A stretch of DNA of 64,000 nucleotides from Eubacteriales bacterium (GTDB taxonomy: Bacteria; Bacillota; Clostridia; Christensenellales; CAG-138): contig JAYFNY010000018.1 in NCBI GenBank assembly GCA_034933205.1, forward strand, positions 30,394 to 94,393, written 5' to 3'. Each line of letters begins with the position of its first letter. Within the stretch, counting starts at the first letter, position 1. The notes below the pieces were generated by a model that saw only the letters and a program-made list of their open reading frames with translations, had not been told where the DNA came from and searched no databases. A program made the translations under genes and the position numbers. Shown here one piece after another: positions 47,752 to 57,080 of the stretch.

Positions 47752-48822
47752 ATGAAAAAAGTACTCGTCCTGGTTCTCGCTCTCATGCTGATGCTGAGCG
47801 CGTTTGCCTGCAGCGCGAAAACGACCCCGGCTGCGGAGCCAACGGCGGAAGCGGCAACTCAGCCCGAGGCGACGGCTGCGGAAGCGGCTGCGGAACCCGC
47901 GGCAGCGGATCAGCCGTATGTCATTCTGGTCAACGCGCTGGTCGGACATCCGGTTTACGAACAGCAGGCGGAAGCCGCCCGCAAAGCCGCCGAAGAATAC
48001 GGCGTGAAGCTCGAGATCATCGGGCCGACGTTTGGTACCACCTCGATCGTGACGGATTACATCGCTGCGATGGAGAACGCCATCACCATGCAGCCGGACG
48101 CGATCATCGGCGAGCCGTTCGATCCCTCCCTCTATGAAGTGTTCGATCGTGCCAAGCAGGCCGGCATTCCGGTGTTCTTAACCTCGAACCTGCTGGAGGA
48201 TGAGGACGCGTTCGTATCCTGGATCGGTACGGACAACTATAACTACGGCGTCAATGCGGCGGATATGATCGCCGCCAAGACGGACAGCAAGGCGAACATC
48301 TGCGTCGTAATGGGCGACCTCGCGACCACGAACCAGGTCGAACAGCGCAAAGGTCTGGAAGAGCGCATTGCTGAAAAATATCCGGATATGAAGATCACGA
48401 ACGTAGTTGCGGATAAGAACGACGTTGCCACCGCCATGAGCGTTATTGAGGATACGCTGAATACCTATCCGGAAACGAACGTTGTCATCATGCTCGAATC
48501 CACCGGCGGCCCGGGCGTTGTGCAGGTCTGCCAGGAGACGGGGCGCACCGACGTGCTGATTCTGGATATCGACGCCGTGGAAGCGACCATCGACAACATC
48601 AAAGCCGGCAAAGTCTGGGCGACGCTGGCACAGAACTTCTATAAGCGCGGATACGAATCCGTCCGTATGGCCTACGAATATCTTACCGAGGGCGACAAGG
48701 CGACCTTTGCCAAGTACAACGACTCCGGTACGGTACTGATCGACCAGTCCAACGTGGATACCTACGAACAGGACCTCTGGGGCGCGATCGTTTACAAAGG
48801 AACGGATTGGCCCGCGAAATAA
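47752..48822 (+). CDS. Sugar-binding lipoprotein (RbsB-like)
   Basis: Lipobox AFAC; Ala/Glu/Pro linker; HPVY, AK.AGIPV, IGTDNYNYG, Q..Y..GY. Confidence 0.9.
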   Translation: MKKVLVLVLALMLMLSAFACSAKTTPAAEPTAEAATQPEATAAEAAAEPAAADQPYVILVNALVGHPVYEQQAEAARKAAEEYGVKLEIIGPTFGTTSIVTDYIAAMENAITMQPDAIIGEPFDPSLYEVFDRAKQAGIPVFLTSNLLEDEDAFVSWIGTDNYNYGVNAADMIAAKTDSKANICVVMGDLATTNQVEQRKGLEERIAEKYPDMKITNVVADKNDVATAMSVIEDTLNTYPETNVVIMLESTGGPGVVQVCQETGRTDVLILDIDAVEATIDNIKAGKVWATLAQNFYKRGYESVRMAYEYLTEGDKATFAKYNDSGTVLIDQSNVDTYEQDLWGAIVYKGTDWPAK

Positions 48823-49101
48823 CCAATCAAGAAGCTGTATTCTGCCGGGACGGTGCTGGTTCGCCGTCCCGGCGAGGGACGTTTACGGCCAAAGTACGGC
48901 CATTCTTCGGGCAAAGGGTTTCCGCAAAATGCGTACTGGTGCGAAATGTGCGAAAGATGCTAGAATAATGGCATGTTTCGGCAGAACGGAACCGCCGGTC
49001 CGGCGGCGTTCCTTTGAATCTGCGATGCGAAAGCCGGTTACCTGCTGATTTTTGATATGAAAACGGGAGCGCTGACCTCGTTTCCCGGAAAGGGAAAAGC
49101 C

Positions 49102-50142
49102 ATGCCAAAGATGCGCGATATCGCCGAAAAGACGGGCCTGAATATCTCAACCGTTTCGCGTGCTTTGCGCGACGCGCCGGACATCAGCCCGGAAACGGTG
49201 AGTCTGGTCAAACGCGCCGCTATGCAGATGGGCTACCGCCTTCGTACGAGCGGGCGCAGCAGCAATACCGTTGGCTTGATCGTACCGGAAGTCGGGAGCC
49301 ATTACTACTCGGAGATGGTGGAAACCATTGAGCGCGAACTGAAGAAACGCGGATATTCGATGATCGTTTCCATTGGCGGGTTTGAAGTCAACGGAATCCT
49401 CGCGGCGTTTGACCAGATGCTGAATCACGATATCTGCGGGCTGATCGTTAACGACTGTTTCGTGCTAAACGCCAAGGACGATATCCAGAAGCACGACCGG
49501 ATTGCACATTCTGTTCTGCCGTTGGTACTCATTTCGGAGAACAAGGTGATTCTTCCGGTGGATACGATCTCCATTGCGAACGAAATGGCCGTTCGTCAGG
49601 CGCTCGACCTTCTCGTGGAGCTTGGACACAGGGAGATCGGCTATATCGGCGAATACGCTTCGGATGTGCGGTATCTCGCGTTGACGCGCTATCTGAAAGA
49701 GCTCGGCCTGCCCGTGCGTGAAAACCATATGAAGCGCGGCAAGGAGCGATTCGAGCTTGGCGGATACCTGCGCGCGAAAGAGCTTCTGCGGGAAAAGGAC
49801 GAGCCGCGCGCGACGGCCGTAATCGCCTGTTACGATCAGGTGGCGCTCGGCGCGCTGGATGCATTCAGCGAAGAGGGAGTGCGCGTGCCGGAGGATATCT
49901 CGGTGATCGGCTTCGACAATATCATTCTAAACGATTACCTGCCGATTCAGCTGACCTCCATCTCGAATCCGACCGAGCAGCTCTGTTCGCTGGCGGTCAA
50001 GCTGCTGATGGATAATATTCACGAAAAGGAACATCATGTGGTGCAGAATGTTTCGCTCCAGCCGCGGCTGGTCGTGCGAAGCTCCACCTGCCCGCCGCGT
50101 GAACAGATAGAACGGAATCAACAGGAGGACGAAAAGGAATGA
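49102..50142 (+). CDS. LacI family regulator
   Basis: MRDIAEKTGLNISTVSRAL; LGHREIGYI; RVPEDISVIGFDN; LVVRSST. Confidence 0.93.
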   Translation: MPKMRDIAEKTGLNISTVSRALRDAPDISPETVSLVKRAAMQMGYRLRTSGRSSNTVGLIVPEVGSHYYSEMVETIERELKKRGYSMIVSIGGFEVNGILAAFDQMLNHDICGLIVNDCFVLNAKDDIQKHDRIAHSVLPLVLISENKVILPVDTISIANEMAVRQALDLLVELGHREIGYIGEYASDVRYLALTRYLKELGLPVRENHMKRGKERFELGGYLRAKELLREKDEPRATAVIACYDQVALGALDAFSEEGVRVPEDISVIGFDNIILNDYLPIQLTSISNPTEQLCSLAVKLLMDNIHEKEHHVVQNVSLQPRLVVRSSTCPPREQIERNQQEDEKE

Positions 50143-51494
50143 AACAGATCGGGTTTGTCTGCTTTGGCGAGGTCAACACCCCGTTTGAACGGCTTGAACT
50201 CAAACATGACGGGGCACGGAAAACGCTCGCCGGTCTTGAGGACGCAACAATTTTCGACGCCGGAGTGGTCATAGACGACGTAAAGTATGAAACGGCGGAC
50301 CGAGCGATTCAAACGTTACTCAAGGAAGATCTGGACTGCCTGATCCTGTGCGTTGCCGGCTGGGTTCCGACGCATGCCGTGATTCGTGTTGCGGACCGGT
50401 TTCGTCACCTGCCGATGCTTCTCTGGGGGCTTTGCGGATGGATGGAGCGCGGCCACCTTGTGACGACCGCCGATCAGGCGGGGACGACGGCGATTCGCCC
50501 GGCGCTGGCTGCGATGCATTATCGCTTCAAGTATATCTACAGCGTGATCGGAAAGCCCGAGCCGATTGAAAAGATTCAGGCGTTTACGGACGCGGCCTGC
50601 ACGGCGCGATACCTGCGCGGCGCGCGTGTAGGAAGCATGGGGTATCGGGATATGCTGCTCTACGGAACGCAGTTTGAAGGAAACAGCATGCGTGGTCAGC
50701 TTGGCGTCGAGGTGGAGCCGTTTGAGATGCTTGAAATGACGCAGACGATCCCGACGCTGAGCGAGGCGGAGATCGCACAAACCGTACATTTTGTGAAATC
50801 GAACTGGACGTTCGACCAGCCCTGCGATGACAGTGTGATTGAGACGGGCGTGAAATATGCGCTTGCGGTCGGGAAAAAGATCGAGGCGCGCGGCTACGAC
50901 GCGGTAACGCTCATCGACGTGGACGGCATGAAAAAACTGCTTGGATTTCCGCCGGCAATGGTCTTTATGCTGCTGGAGCAAAAGTACGGCGTTCTGACCA
51001 TCCCGGAGAACGACGTGATGGGTGCGGTGACCCAGCTGATTGCGAAAGGCATTTCGGGACAGACGGTTCCGTATCTGGAGTATTACGAGTTTTTTGAAAA
51101 GAGCATGCTGATTGGCGTGCCGGACTTTATTCCCACCACGGCGACGCAGGGGGACGTACGCGTGCTGCCAACCGCGTTCGGACTGCTTTCGCAGAGCCTT
51201 CTCAACGTTTCCCGCGTAAAAACCGGGTTGGTGACCTGCATGCGGCTGGTCTATCAGGACGGGCGCTACAAAATGCATATGTACCTTGCCGAAGCAAAAA
51301 CGCCTGCAAAATGGGAAGAGTGCGGATGGACGCCGCCGGCGCCGCAGCTGCCGAGCCTTGAAGTATTTCCGCTGGATTGCACGGTGGAGGAGTTTGCCGA
51401 AAAGGTTTCGAGCCAGCACGTGATCGTGTGTTATGGCGATTATCGTGAAGCGGTGCGGGATTTTTGTAAATTGTTGGATATCGATCTGCTGTAG
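50139..51494 (+). CDS. L-fucose/L-arabinose isomerase-like protein
   Basis: Size and pattern (DCLILCVAGW, PMLLWG, ARVGSMG, GYDAV, ENDVMGAVT, SSQHVIVCYGDY...FCKLLDI). Confidence 0.7.
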   Translation: MKQIGFVCFGEVNTPFERLELKHDGARKTLAGLEDATIFDAGVVIDDVKYETADRAIQTLLKEDLDCLILCVAGWVPTHAVIRVADRFRHLPMLLWGLCGWMERGHLVTTADQAGTTAIRPALAAMHYRFKYIYSVIGKPEPIEKIQAFTDAACTARYLRGARVGSMGYRDMLLYGTQFEGNSMRGQLGVEVEPFEMLEMTQTIPTLSEAEIAQTVHFVKSNWTFDQPCDDSVIETGVKYALAVGKKIEARGYDAVTLIDVDGMKKLLGFPPAMVFMLLEQKYGVLTIPENDVMGAVTQLIAKGISGQTVPYLEYYEFFEKSMLIGVPDFIPTTATQGDVRVLPTAFGLLSQSLLNVSRVKTGLVTCMRLVYQDGRYKMHMYLAEAKTPAKWEECGWTPPAPQLPSLEVFPLDCTVEEFAEKVSSQHVIVCYGDYREAVRDFCKLLDIDLL

Positions 51495-51631
51495 GAAGGA
51501 TATTCTATTTCCGAAAGAAAAAGGAATTGTAACGGCGAATCGGCCTGTGATTGGACCGACTCTGGGGGAGTTGTGCCGGAAACGCCGGTGTTCGTCCGTT
51601 TCATAAAATAACGATGGGGACAAAGAACAAC

Positions 51632-53095
51632 ATGAAAGCGATCAAAATAGGGTGGGCGCAAACGAATCTGACGCCGAACCGGCCGGTGCAGATGATTGGA
51701 CAAATGTATCACCGGGTGTCCGAGTATGTGCGGGATCCGATTACGGCGACCGTGCTTGCGCTCGACAACGGGGAAGAACAGGCGGTATTCGTATCGCTGG
51801 ATATGACCGAAGTGCCCGTGCATGCCGAGAAGTTACTTCGGGAGCGGCTTGCCGGGGTGGAGGGGCTTTCGTTTGAAAAAATCACGTTCGGCGTGACGCA
51901 TACGCATAGTTCTTCCGATTTTTACGCGGACTTTATGCGTCTCGACAACGAGAAAGTTTACGGCGCGGAATTGCTGCCGAAGGCAGAGCTGGATTCCTCC
52001 GTCCTTTATGGGGAAGAAGCGCAGGAGTTTTTCGTTGAGCGCGTTGCGGATGGGATCCTCCGCGCGTGGGAGGGCCGGAAACCCGGCGGCGTGAGCACGG
52101 CGCACGATTATGCGGCGGTCGGCTTTTCGCGCAGGCCGGTGTTTCACGGTAAGGACGGGGACACGACCGTAATGTACGGCGATTGTTCGCAGGAGAACTT
52201 TGCCCGCTTTGAACCGGGCGGAGACTCGTCCGTCGATTTGCTCTATACGTGGGATATGGAAGGGCACCTGACCGGCGTCGCCGTCAACGTTCCCTGCCCG
52301 TCGCAGGTATTTGAGCTGCATCGCTTTCTTTCGGCGGACTACTGGGGCTTTGTGCGCAACGACGTGCGGGAGCGGCTCGGCAATGTTTATATTCTGCCGA
52401 TGTGCGGTGCGGCGGGCGACCTTGCTCCGCTCGACCTGGTCCGAATCAGCAAGTATAATCGTGAGGCGCTTAAGCTCTGGGGCGGACAGGCGCAGGAAGT
52501 GTTCCGTAACTTCGACATGACGCGGGAGTGCGAGGCCATTTCCATGCGGATCACGGACGCGGTTGTTCGCGGATACCGGTATGCGCGGAATTATATCGAC
52601 ATGACGCCAACGCTGATGCACGAGATTCTGCGGCTTAAGCTGCCGCTGCGGCTGGTATCCGAGGCCGAATATCGCGCGGCCGCCGCGGAAGTGGAGCGGG
52701 TGAAACGCACGTTTTCCGCCGAGCATCCCATGGAGAACAAGGACGTCGTTTCGGCTTTTGAGCCGCAGGGGGACGTGCTTCGCTGGCAGATGCAGCAGGA
52801 GACGACCACGTTTTCCTGCGTGAGCCATGTGATCCGGATTTCAAACATTGCGGTTGCCACGAATCCGTTTGAACTCTTCAGCGAATATGCGCAGCGGATG
52901 AAAGCGCGCGTCCTTCCGGAGCAGCTGTTTGTTGTGCAGCTGAGCAATGGGGTTGGCGGGTATCTGCCAACGGAGTCCGCCATCGTCGGCGGAAGCTACA
53001 GCAGTAAGTCCGCATCCACCTATTGCGGGCCTGCGGGCGGAGACGCGCTGGTTGAGGCGACAATAGCCGCCGTAAACCGGATGTTTTCAAAATAA
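51632..53095 (+). CDS. Neutral/alkaline ceramidase-superfamily-like hydrolase of unknown function
   Basis: IGWA..N.TP..PV.M.GQ...R....V.DP..AT.LAL; THTHS; SADYWG; GAAGD; PFELF.EY; GYLPT..A..GGSY. Confidence 0.65.
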   Translation: MKAIKIGWAQTNLTPNRPVQMIGQMYHRVSEYVRDPITATVLALDNGEEQAVFVSLDMTEVPVHAEKLLRERLAGVEGLSFEKITFGVTHTHSSSDFYADFMRLDNEKVYGAELLPKAELDSSVLYGEEAQEFFVERVADGILRAWEGRKPGGVSTAHDYAAVGFSRRPVFHGKDGDTTVMYGDCSQENFARFEPGGDSSVDLLYTWDMEGHLTGVAVNVPCPSQVFELHRFLSADYWGFVRNDVRERLGNVYILPMCGAAGDLAPLDLVRISKYNREALKLWGGQAQEVFRNFDMTRECEAISMRITDAVVRGYRYARNYIDMTPTLMHEILRLKLPLRLVSEAEYRAAAAEVERVKRTFSAEHPMENKDVVSAFEPQGDVLRWQMQQETTTFSCVSHVIRISNIAVATNPFELFSEYAQRMKARVLPEQLFVVQLSNGVGGYLPTESAIVGGSYSSKSASTYCGPAGGDALVEATIAAVNRMFSK

Positions 53096-53112
53096 AGTTG
53101 GATGTTGAACTG

Positions 53113-53139
53113 ACGCCGTGTGTTTGCACGGCGTTTTTT
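53113..53139 (+). terminator. Intrinsic terminator
   Basis: acgccgtg-tgtttg-cacggcgt followed by a T-tract. Confidence 0.7.
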
Positions 53140-53262
53140 GGTGCGTCGTACTCGGAGTGATTTCGAAACGGAGACCGGCGGCGCGGGATGAAGAACACAT
53201 CGAAACAGACGGAAACGTTCGATGAAAATGATGCAAACAGTCAAAAATGCCGATAAAAGTGA

Positions 53263-53292
53263 TTGACTCGATCGAAACAACTTCGTTATAAT
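53263..53292 (+). promoter_or_regulatory. Promoter of deoR2-TIM2-yjbQ2 operon
   Basis: TTGACT-18-TATAAT with CGAAACAACTTCG in the spacer. Confidence 0.6.
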
Positions 53293-53342
53293 GAAAACGA
53301 AGTTCAATGTTTCTAGAAACCGGGAACGGGAGGGCAAAGACC

Positions 53343-54179
53343 GTGAAAAAGAAAGCGGATCGGGAAGAAATCCTGCTTCGGCGGCTGCGACTGACGGGCA
53401 GCGTTTCGCTCGGAGAGGCGATGAGTCTGTTTAACGTCTCCGAAGCGACGGCAAGAAGGCTGTTTTCCGACCTGGAAGCCTCCGGAACGGTTGTGCGATG
53501 CTATGGCGGTGTCCGGCTTGCGGCGCAGGTTGCGGGGTATTCGTTTGCGCAGCGCGAATTGGAATACCGAGCGGAAAAAGTGCGCATCGGCAGGCTAGCC
53601 GCGTCTTTTGTCGAGAACGGGGATACGATCTATCTGGACAGCGGAACGACGATTCTCCAGATGACGCTTGCGCTGAACGAGCGAATCTTGCGCGGAGAAT
53701 TCGAAACGCTCAATGTCGTGACGAATTCGATTGCGAACGTTACTTCTCTCACGCCCGGTAAAAATTGCCGGGTTATTCTGGCGGGCGGAGAGTACAGCCC
53801 CGAGCGGAGGGACTTTTCCGGGCCTCTGACGGAGGGAAGCCTTCTGCCGTTCCACTTTACAAAGAGCTTTCTCGGCGCGGACGGGCTGACGCCTGAAATG
53901 GGCTTCTGTTCGGATCAAATCAGCATCTCCAGCCTTAACGCATTGGTGCGGAAACACTCTTCCCGGTGTTACGCGCTGCTAACTTCGGCGAAATTCGGCC
54001 GCAATTCCCTGATCTCGTATGCTTTGCCCGGTGAGATTTTTACGTTGGTTACGGATACCGCGCCGGACGAAAAACTTGCGGAAGCGTTCCGGCAGGTTGG
54101 CGTTGGTATTTGCATTCCGGATCGCGGTGCGGACGAGTGGAGCACCGGAAGCGTGAAGCACGGGTCGGATGAACAATAA
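53343..54179 (+). CDS. DeoR/GlpR family regulator, second copy
   Basis: FNVSEATARRLFSDLE, YGG, EKVRIG, IYLDSGTT, VVTNS. Confidence 0.9.
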   Translation: MKKKADREEILLRRLRLTGSVSLGEAMSLFNVSEATARRLFSDLEASGTVVRCYGGVRLAAQVAGYSFAQRELEYRAEKVRIGRLAASFVENGDTIYLDSGTTILQMTLALNERILRGEFETLNVVTNSIANVTSLTPGKNCRVILAGGEYSPERRDFSGPLTEGSLLPFHFTKSFLGADGLTPEMGFCSDQISISSLNALVRKHSSRCYALLTSAKFGRNSLISYALPGEIFTLVTDTAPDEKLAEAFRQVGVGICIPDRGADEWSTGSVKHGSDEQ

Positions 54180-54231
54180 AACAGATCGATTTTGAAACGG
54201 CAAAAGCCGGGAAACCGAAGGAGGGGTTTAT

Positions 54232-54951
54232 ATGAAACCGAAAATACGAGTGCCTTTTTTTGAAACAAGCGTAAAGAACTATATCTACGGAGATGCGGTG
54301 TTTGAATTGGCAAAGGCCGCAGACCGCGCGGCGAAGCAATACGACGTCGATGTGCTGTTTATTTCGCCGTATACGGAGATCCGCCGCATTGCGGAGAACA
54401 CCGACCGTTTGATCGTGCTCGCACCGTATATGGATACGTTACGCCCAGGCCGCGGTATGGCGGACGTTCTTCCGGAAGCGCTCAAAGCGGCCGGCGCGCG
54501 CGGCGTCGTACTCAACCACTGCGAACGTCCCATGACGCTGACGCAGATCAAAACCTGCATCGACCGCGCGAATGAACTGGACATGCTTTCGTTCGTTTGC
54601 GCGGATACGGTCGCAGAGGCGCGCGCCGTTGCCGAGCTTCATCCGGATATCATCAATCCGGAGCCGACGGAGCTCATCGGTTCCGGTCAGGCGAGCGACA
54701 TGTCCTATGTGATGGAGGTTATCCGCGCGGTCAAGGCGGTCGATCCGAACATCCTGGTCGAACAGGCGGCGGGCATTACGACCGCGCAGCAGATCTATGA
54801 CTTTATCATGGCAGGATCGGAAGCGGCCGGTTCCGCGTCCGGGATCATTCGCTCGTCGGATCCGCATGCGCTGCTCAACGAAATGGTTGCATACGTCAAG
54901 AAGGCGCGCGAGGATCTGATTGCCCAGGGACGGCTGGCGCCGAACGCATAA
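54232..54951 (+). CDS. Triosephosphate-isomerase-family protein, copy 2
   Basis: PFFETSVKNYIYGD, GARGVVLNHCE, PEPTELIGSG, AAGI, SASGII; clear paralog of 43268..43975. Confidence 0.85.
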   Translation: MKPKIRVPFFETSVKNYIYGDAVFELAKAADRAAKQYDVDVLFISPYTEIRRIAENTDRLIVLAPYMDTLRPGRGMADVLPEALKAAGARGVVLNHCERPMTLTQIKTCIDRANELDMLSFVCADTVAEARAVAELHPDIINPEPTELIGSGQASDMSYVMEVIRAVKAVDPNILVEQAAGITTAQQIYDFIMAGSEAAGSASGIIRSSDPHALLNEMVAYVKKAREDLIAQGRLAPNA

Positions 54952-54965
54952 AGGAGGATTCAGCA

Positions 54966-55460
54966 ATGGTTTACAGAGAGGCGCTCTCGCTTCAGAGCAA
55001 CAATGGGATTCAGACGTTTCATAACGTAACGCAGGCGGCAAAGGACGTTGTTTCGCGCTCCGGCATTCGAAACGGGATCGTTACGGTCTATTCGCACCAT
55101 ACGACCTGCGCGGTCATTACACAGGAGGCCGCGTTTGATCTTTCCGTGACCGGGCTGGAAACGCTGCAGCAGGACTTTATCGAAGGACTGGAGCGCGCCT
55201 TCCCGCCGTGCCGCAGGGAGGGGATCTATCTGCATCCCGGTCCGAAGGCGCTCGCGTTTGCCGAGGAACACGGCGAGGATGCGCGCGGCTGCCATAATAC
55301 GGAAGCGCACCTGAGCTCGGCGATGGTTGGCCGCAGCGAAACGATCGTACTGATCGACGGGCAGCTGGATCTCGGCGAGTTCGGTTATATCTACTTTATC
55401 GATTTTGACACGACGCGCGCCAGAAAACGTACGGTGCAGATTACGGTCATCGGCGAGTAA
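54966..55460 (+). CDS. YjbQ/UPF0047 family protein, copy 2
   Basis: FHNVT, SGIRNG, SHHTTCAVITQE, YLHPGP, EAHLSS.MVGRSET, LDLGEFGYIYFIDFD..R.R. Confidence 0.85.
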   Translation: MVYREALSLQSNNGIQTFHNVTQAAKDVVSRSGIRNGIVTVYSHHTTCAVITQEAAFDLSVTGLETLQQDFIEGLERAFPPCRREGIYLHPGPKALAFAEEHGEDARGCHNTEAHLSSAMVGRSETIVLIDGQLDLGEFGYIYFIDFDTTRARKRTVQITVIGE

Positions 55461-55579
55461 CCGATTATTGCGTACGGCGTGCGTGATATGCTTCCCGTAT
55501 TCCGGATGGCAAGAAAGCATCTGTACGCGTATGTTTGAATTTGCTATACTCAGATCATCAAATACGGAGGTGAGGCATA

Positions 55580-55777
55580 ATGGCAACGGTTGAACAGCTT
55601 ATCAAGCAGTATGAAACGGACAAAGCGCTGCAGGCGGAAGTCGCGCAGATCGTCGCAGATGGCAAGGTTACCATGATGGAGTTCATGGCTTTTGCAAAGA
55701 AACACGACGTGGCCATTTCTCTGGATGAACTGCCAAAGTATATGGAACAGGCAAGGAAACTTGGATTTCTGAAATAG
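55580..55777 (+). CDS. Small hypothetical protein (weak Nif11-leader-like pattern)
   Basis: Strong RBS ggaggtgagg; 65 aa. Confidence 0.7.
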   Translation: MATVEQLIKQYETDKALQAEVAQIVADGKVTMMEFMAFAKKHDVAISLDELPKYMEQARKLGFLK

Positions 55778-55836
55778 CGTATGAATCGAGCTGCACGATT
55801 TAAAGAGAAGCAAGACGGATAGGGAGGTATTGTTTT

Positions 55837-56010
55837 ATGAGGCTCAACGCACCGAAAAAATTCACGTTCTGGATGTCCGCGGTCATTTTTGTCGTCGGTA
55901 TGGTGGCAGCGTTTGGGGTGATTCCTTATGTTCCGTCCATTGCGGGCGTTATTGCCGTAATCGTCGGATATGTGCTTCTTGCGCTGGGTAACATTTTAAA
56001 AGGCTTCTGA
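55837..56010 (+). CDS. Small 2-TM membrane protein (57 aa), not in ORF track
   Basis: RBS gggaggt; MRLNAPKKFTFWMSAVIFVVGMVAAFGVIPYVPSIAGVIAVIVGYVLLALGNILKGF. Confidence 0.75.
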   Translation: MRLNAPKKFTFWMSAVIFVVGMVAAFGVIPYVPSIAGVIAVIVGYVLLALGNILKGF

Positions 56011-56022
56011 TATTTCCATACG

Positions 56023-56061
56023 AAAGCGGGATCCCGCGTAGTTCGCGGGATCCCGCTTTTT
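56023..56061. terminator. Bidirectional intrinsic terminator
   Basis: aaagcgggatcccgcg-tagtt-cgcgggatcccgcttttt. Confidence 0.85.
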
Positions 56062-56080
56062 GTATGCGTATATGCGTAAG

Positions 56081-57064
56081 TTATAGCGTCGCAAGCATAA
56101 CGGCTTTGATCGTATGCATGCGGTTTTCCGCCTCGTCGAATACGACGGACTGCTTGCCGGAAAATACGTCGTCGGAAACCTCCATGCTGTCGCGATGAAA
56201 GCGCGCGCCCATCTCCTTGCCGATGGTCGTGTTGAGGTCGTGGAAAGACGGCAGGCAGTGCATGAAAACGGCGCTCGGTTTTGCCGCGGCCATTACTTTT
56301 GCGTTCACCTGATAGGGCGCAAGATCGGAAATCCGCTCCTGCCAGACCTCCATGGGCTCGCCCATGGAAACCCATACGTCGGTATAGATCACGTCCGCGT
56401 CCTTAACGCCTTCCAGAATATCCCCGGTCTGCGTAATGCTGCCGCCGCTCTTTGCCGCCAATTCCCGGCAGGTATCCGTCAAACCTTGCTGGGGGAAATA
56501 CTTCTTCGGCGCGCAGGCAACGAAATCGAGACCCATCTTGGCGCAGCCGACCATGAGCGAGTTGCCCATATTGAAGCGGGCATCTCCGCAATAGGCCATC
56601 TTGATTCCCTTGAGCTTGCCGAATTTTTCCCGAATGGTCATCAGGTCGGCGAGTACCTGCGTCGGGTGAAATTCGGTGGTCAGTCCGTTCCAAACGGGGA
56701 CACCCGCGTATTTTGCAAGGTCCTCAACAATGTTTTGCCCGAATCCACGATACTCGATTCCGTCGTACATCCGTCCCAAAACCTGCGCGGTATCCGAAAT
56801 GCTTTCCTTTTTGCCGATCTGTGAGCCGGAGGGATCGAGATAAGTTGCGTGCATCCCGAGGTCGAAAGCGGCGACCTCAAAGGCGCAGCGGGTACGCGTG
56901 CTGGATTTTTCAAAGATCAGCGCAATATTCTTTCCGCGAAGCGTATCGTGCGGAATGCCGGCTTTCTTTTTTGCCTTGAGATCCGCCGCGAGATCAAGCA
57001 GTCCCTGAATCTCTTCCGGCGTGAAGTCAAGCAGCTTCAAAAAGTTTTTTCCTTTTAAATTCAT
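56081..57064 (-). CDS. argF: Ornithine carbamoyltransferase
   Basis: [43 protein letters not shown]. Confidence 0.97.
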   Translation of the reverse strand: MNLKGKNFLKLLDFTPEEIQGLLDLAADLKAKKKAGIPHDTLRGKNIALIFEKSSTRTRCAFEVAAFDLGMHATYLDPSGSQIGKKESISDTAQVLGRMYDGIEYRGFGQNIVEDLAKYAGVPVWNGLTTEFHPTQVLADLMTIREKFGKLKGIKMAYCGDARFNMGNSLMVGCAKMGLDFVACAPKKYFPQQGLTDTCRELAAKSGGSITQTGDILEGVKDADVIYTDVWVSMGEPMEVWQERISDLAPYQVNAKVMAAAKPSAVFMHCLPSFHDLNTTIGKEMGARFHRDSMEVSDDVFSGKQSVVFDEAENRMHTIKAVMLATL

Positions 57065-57080
57065 ATGCTTCTCCTTCTTG

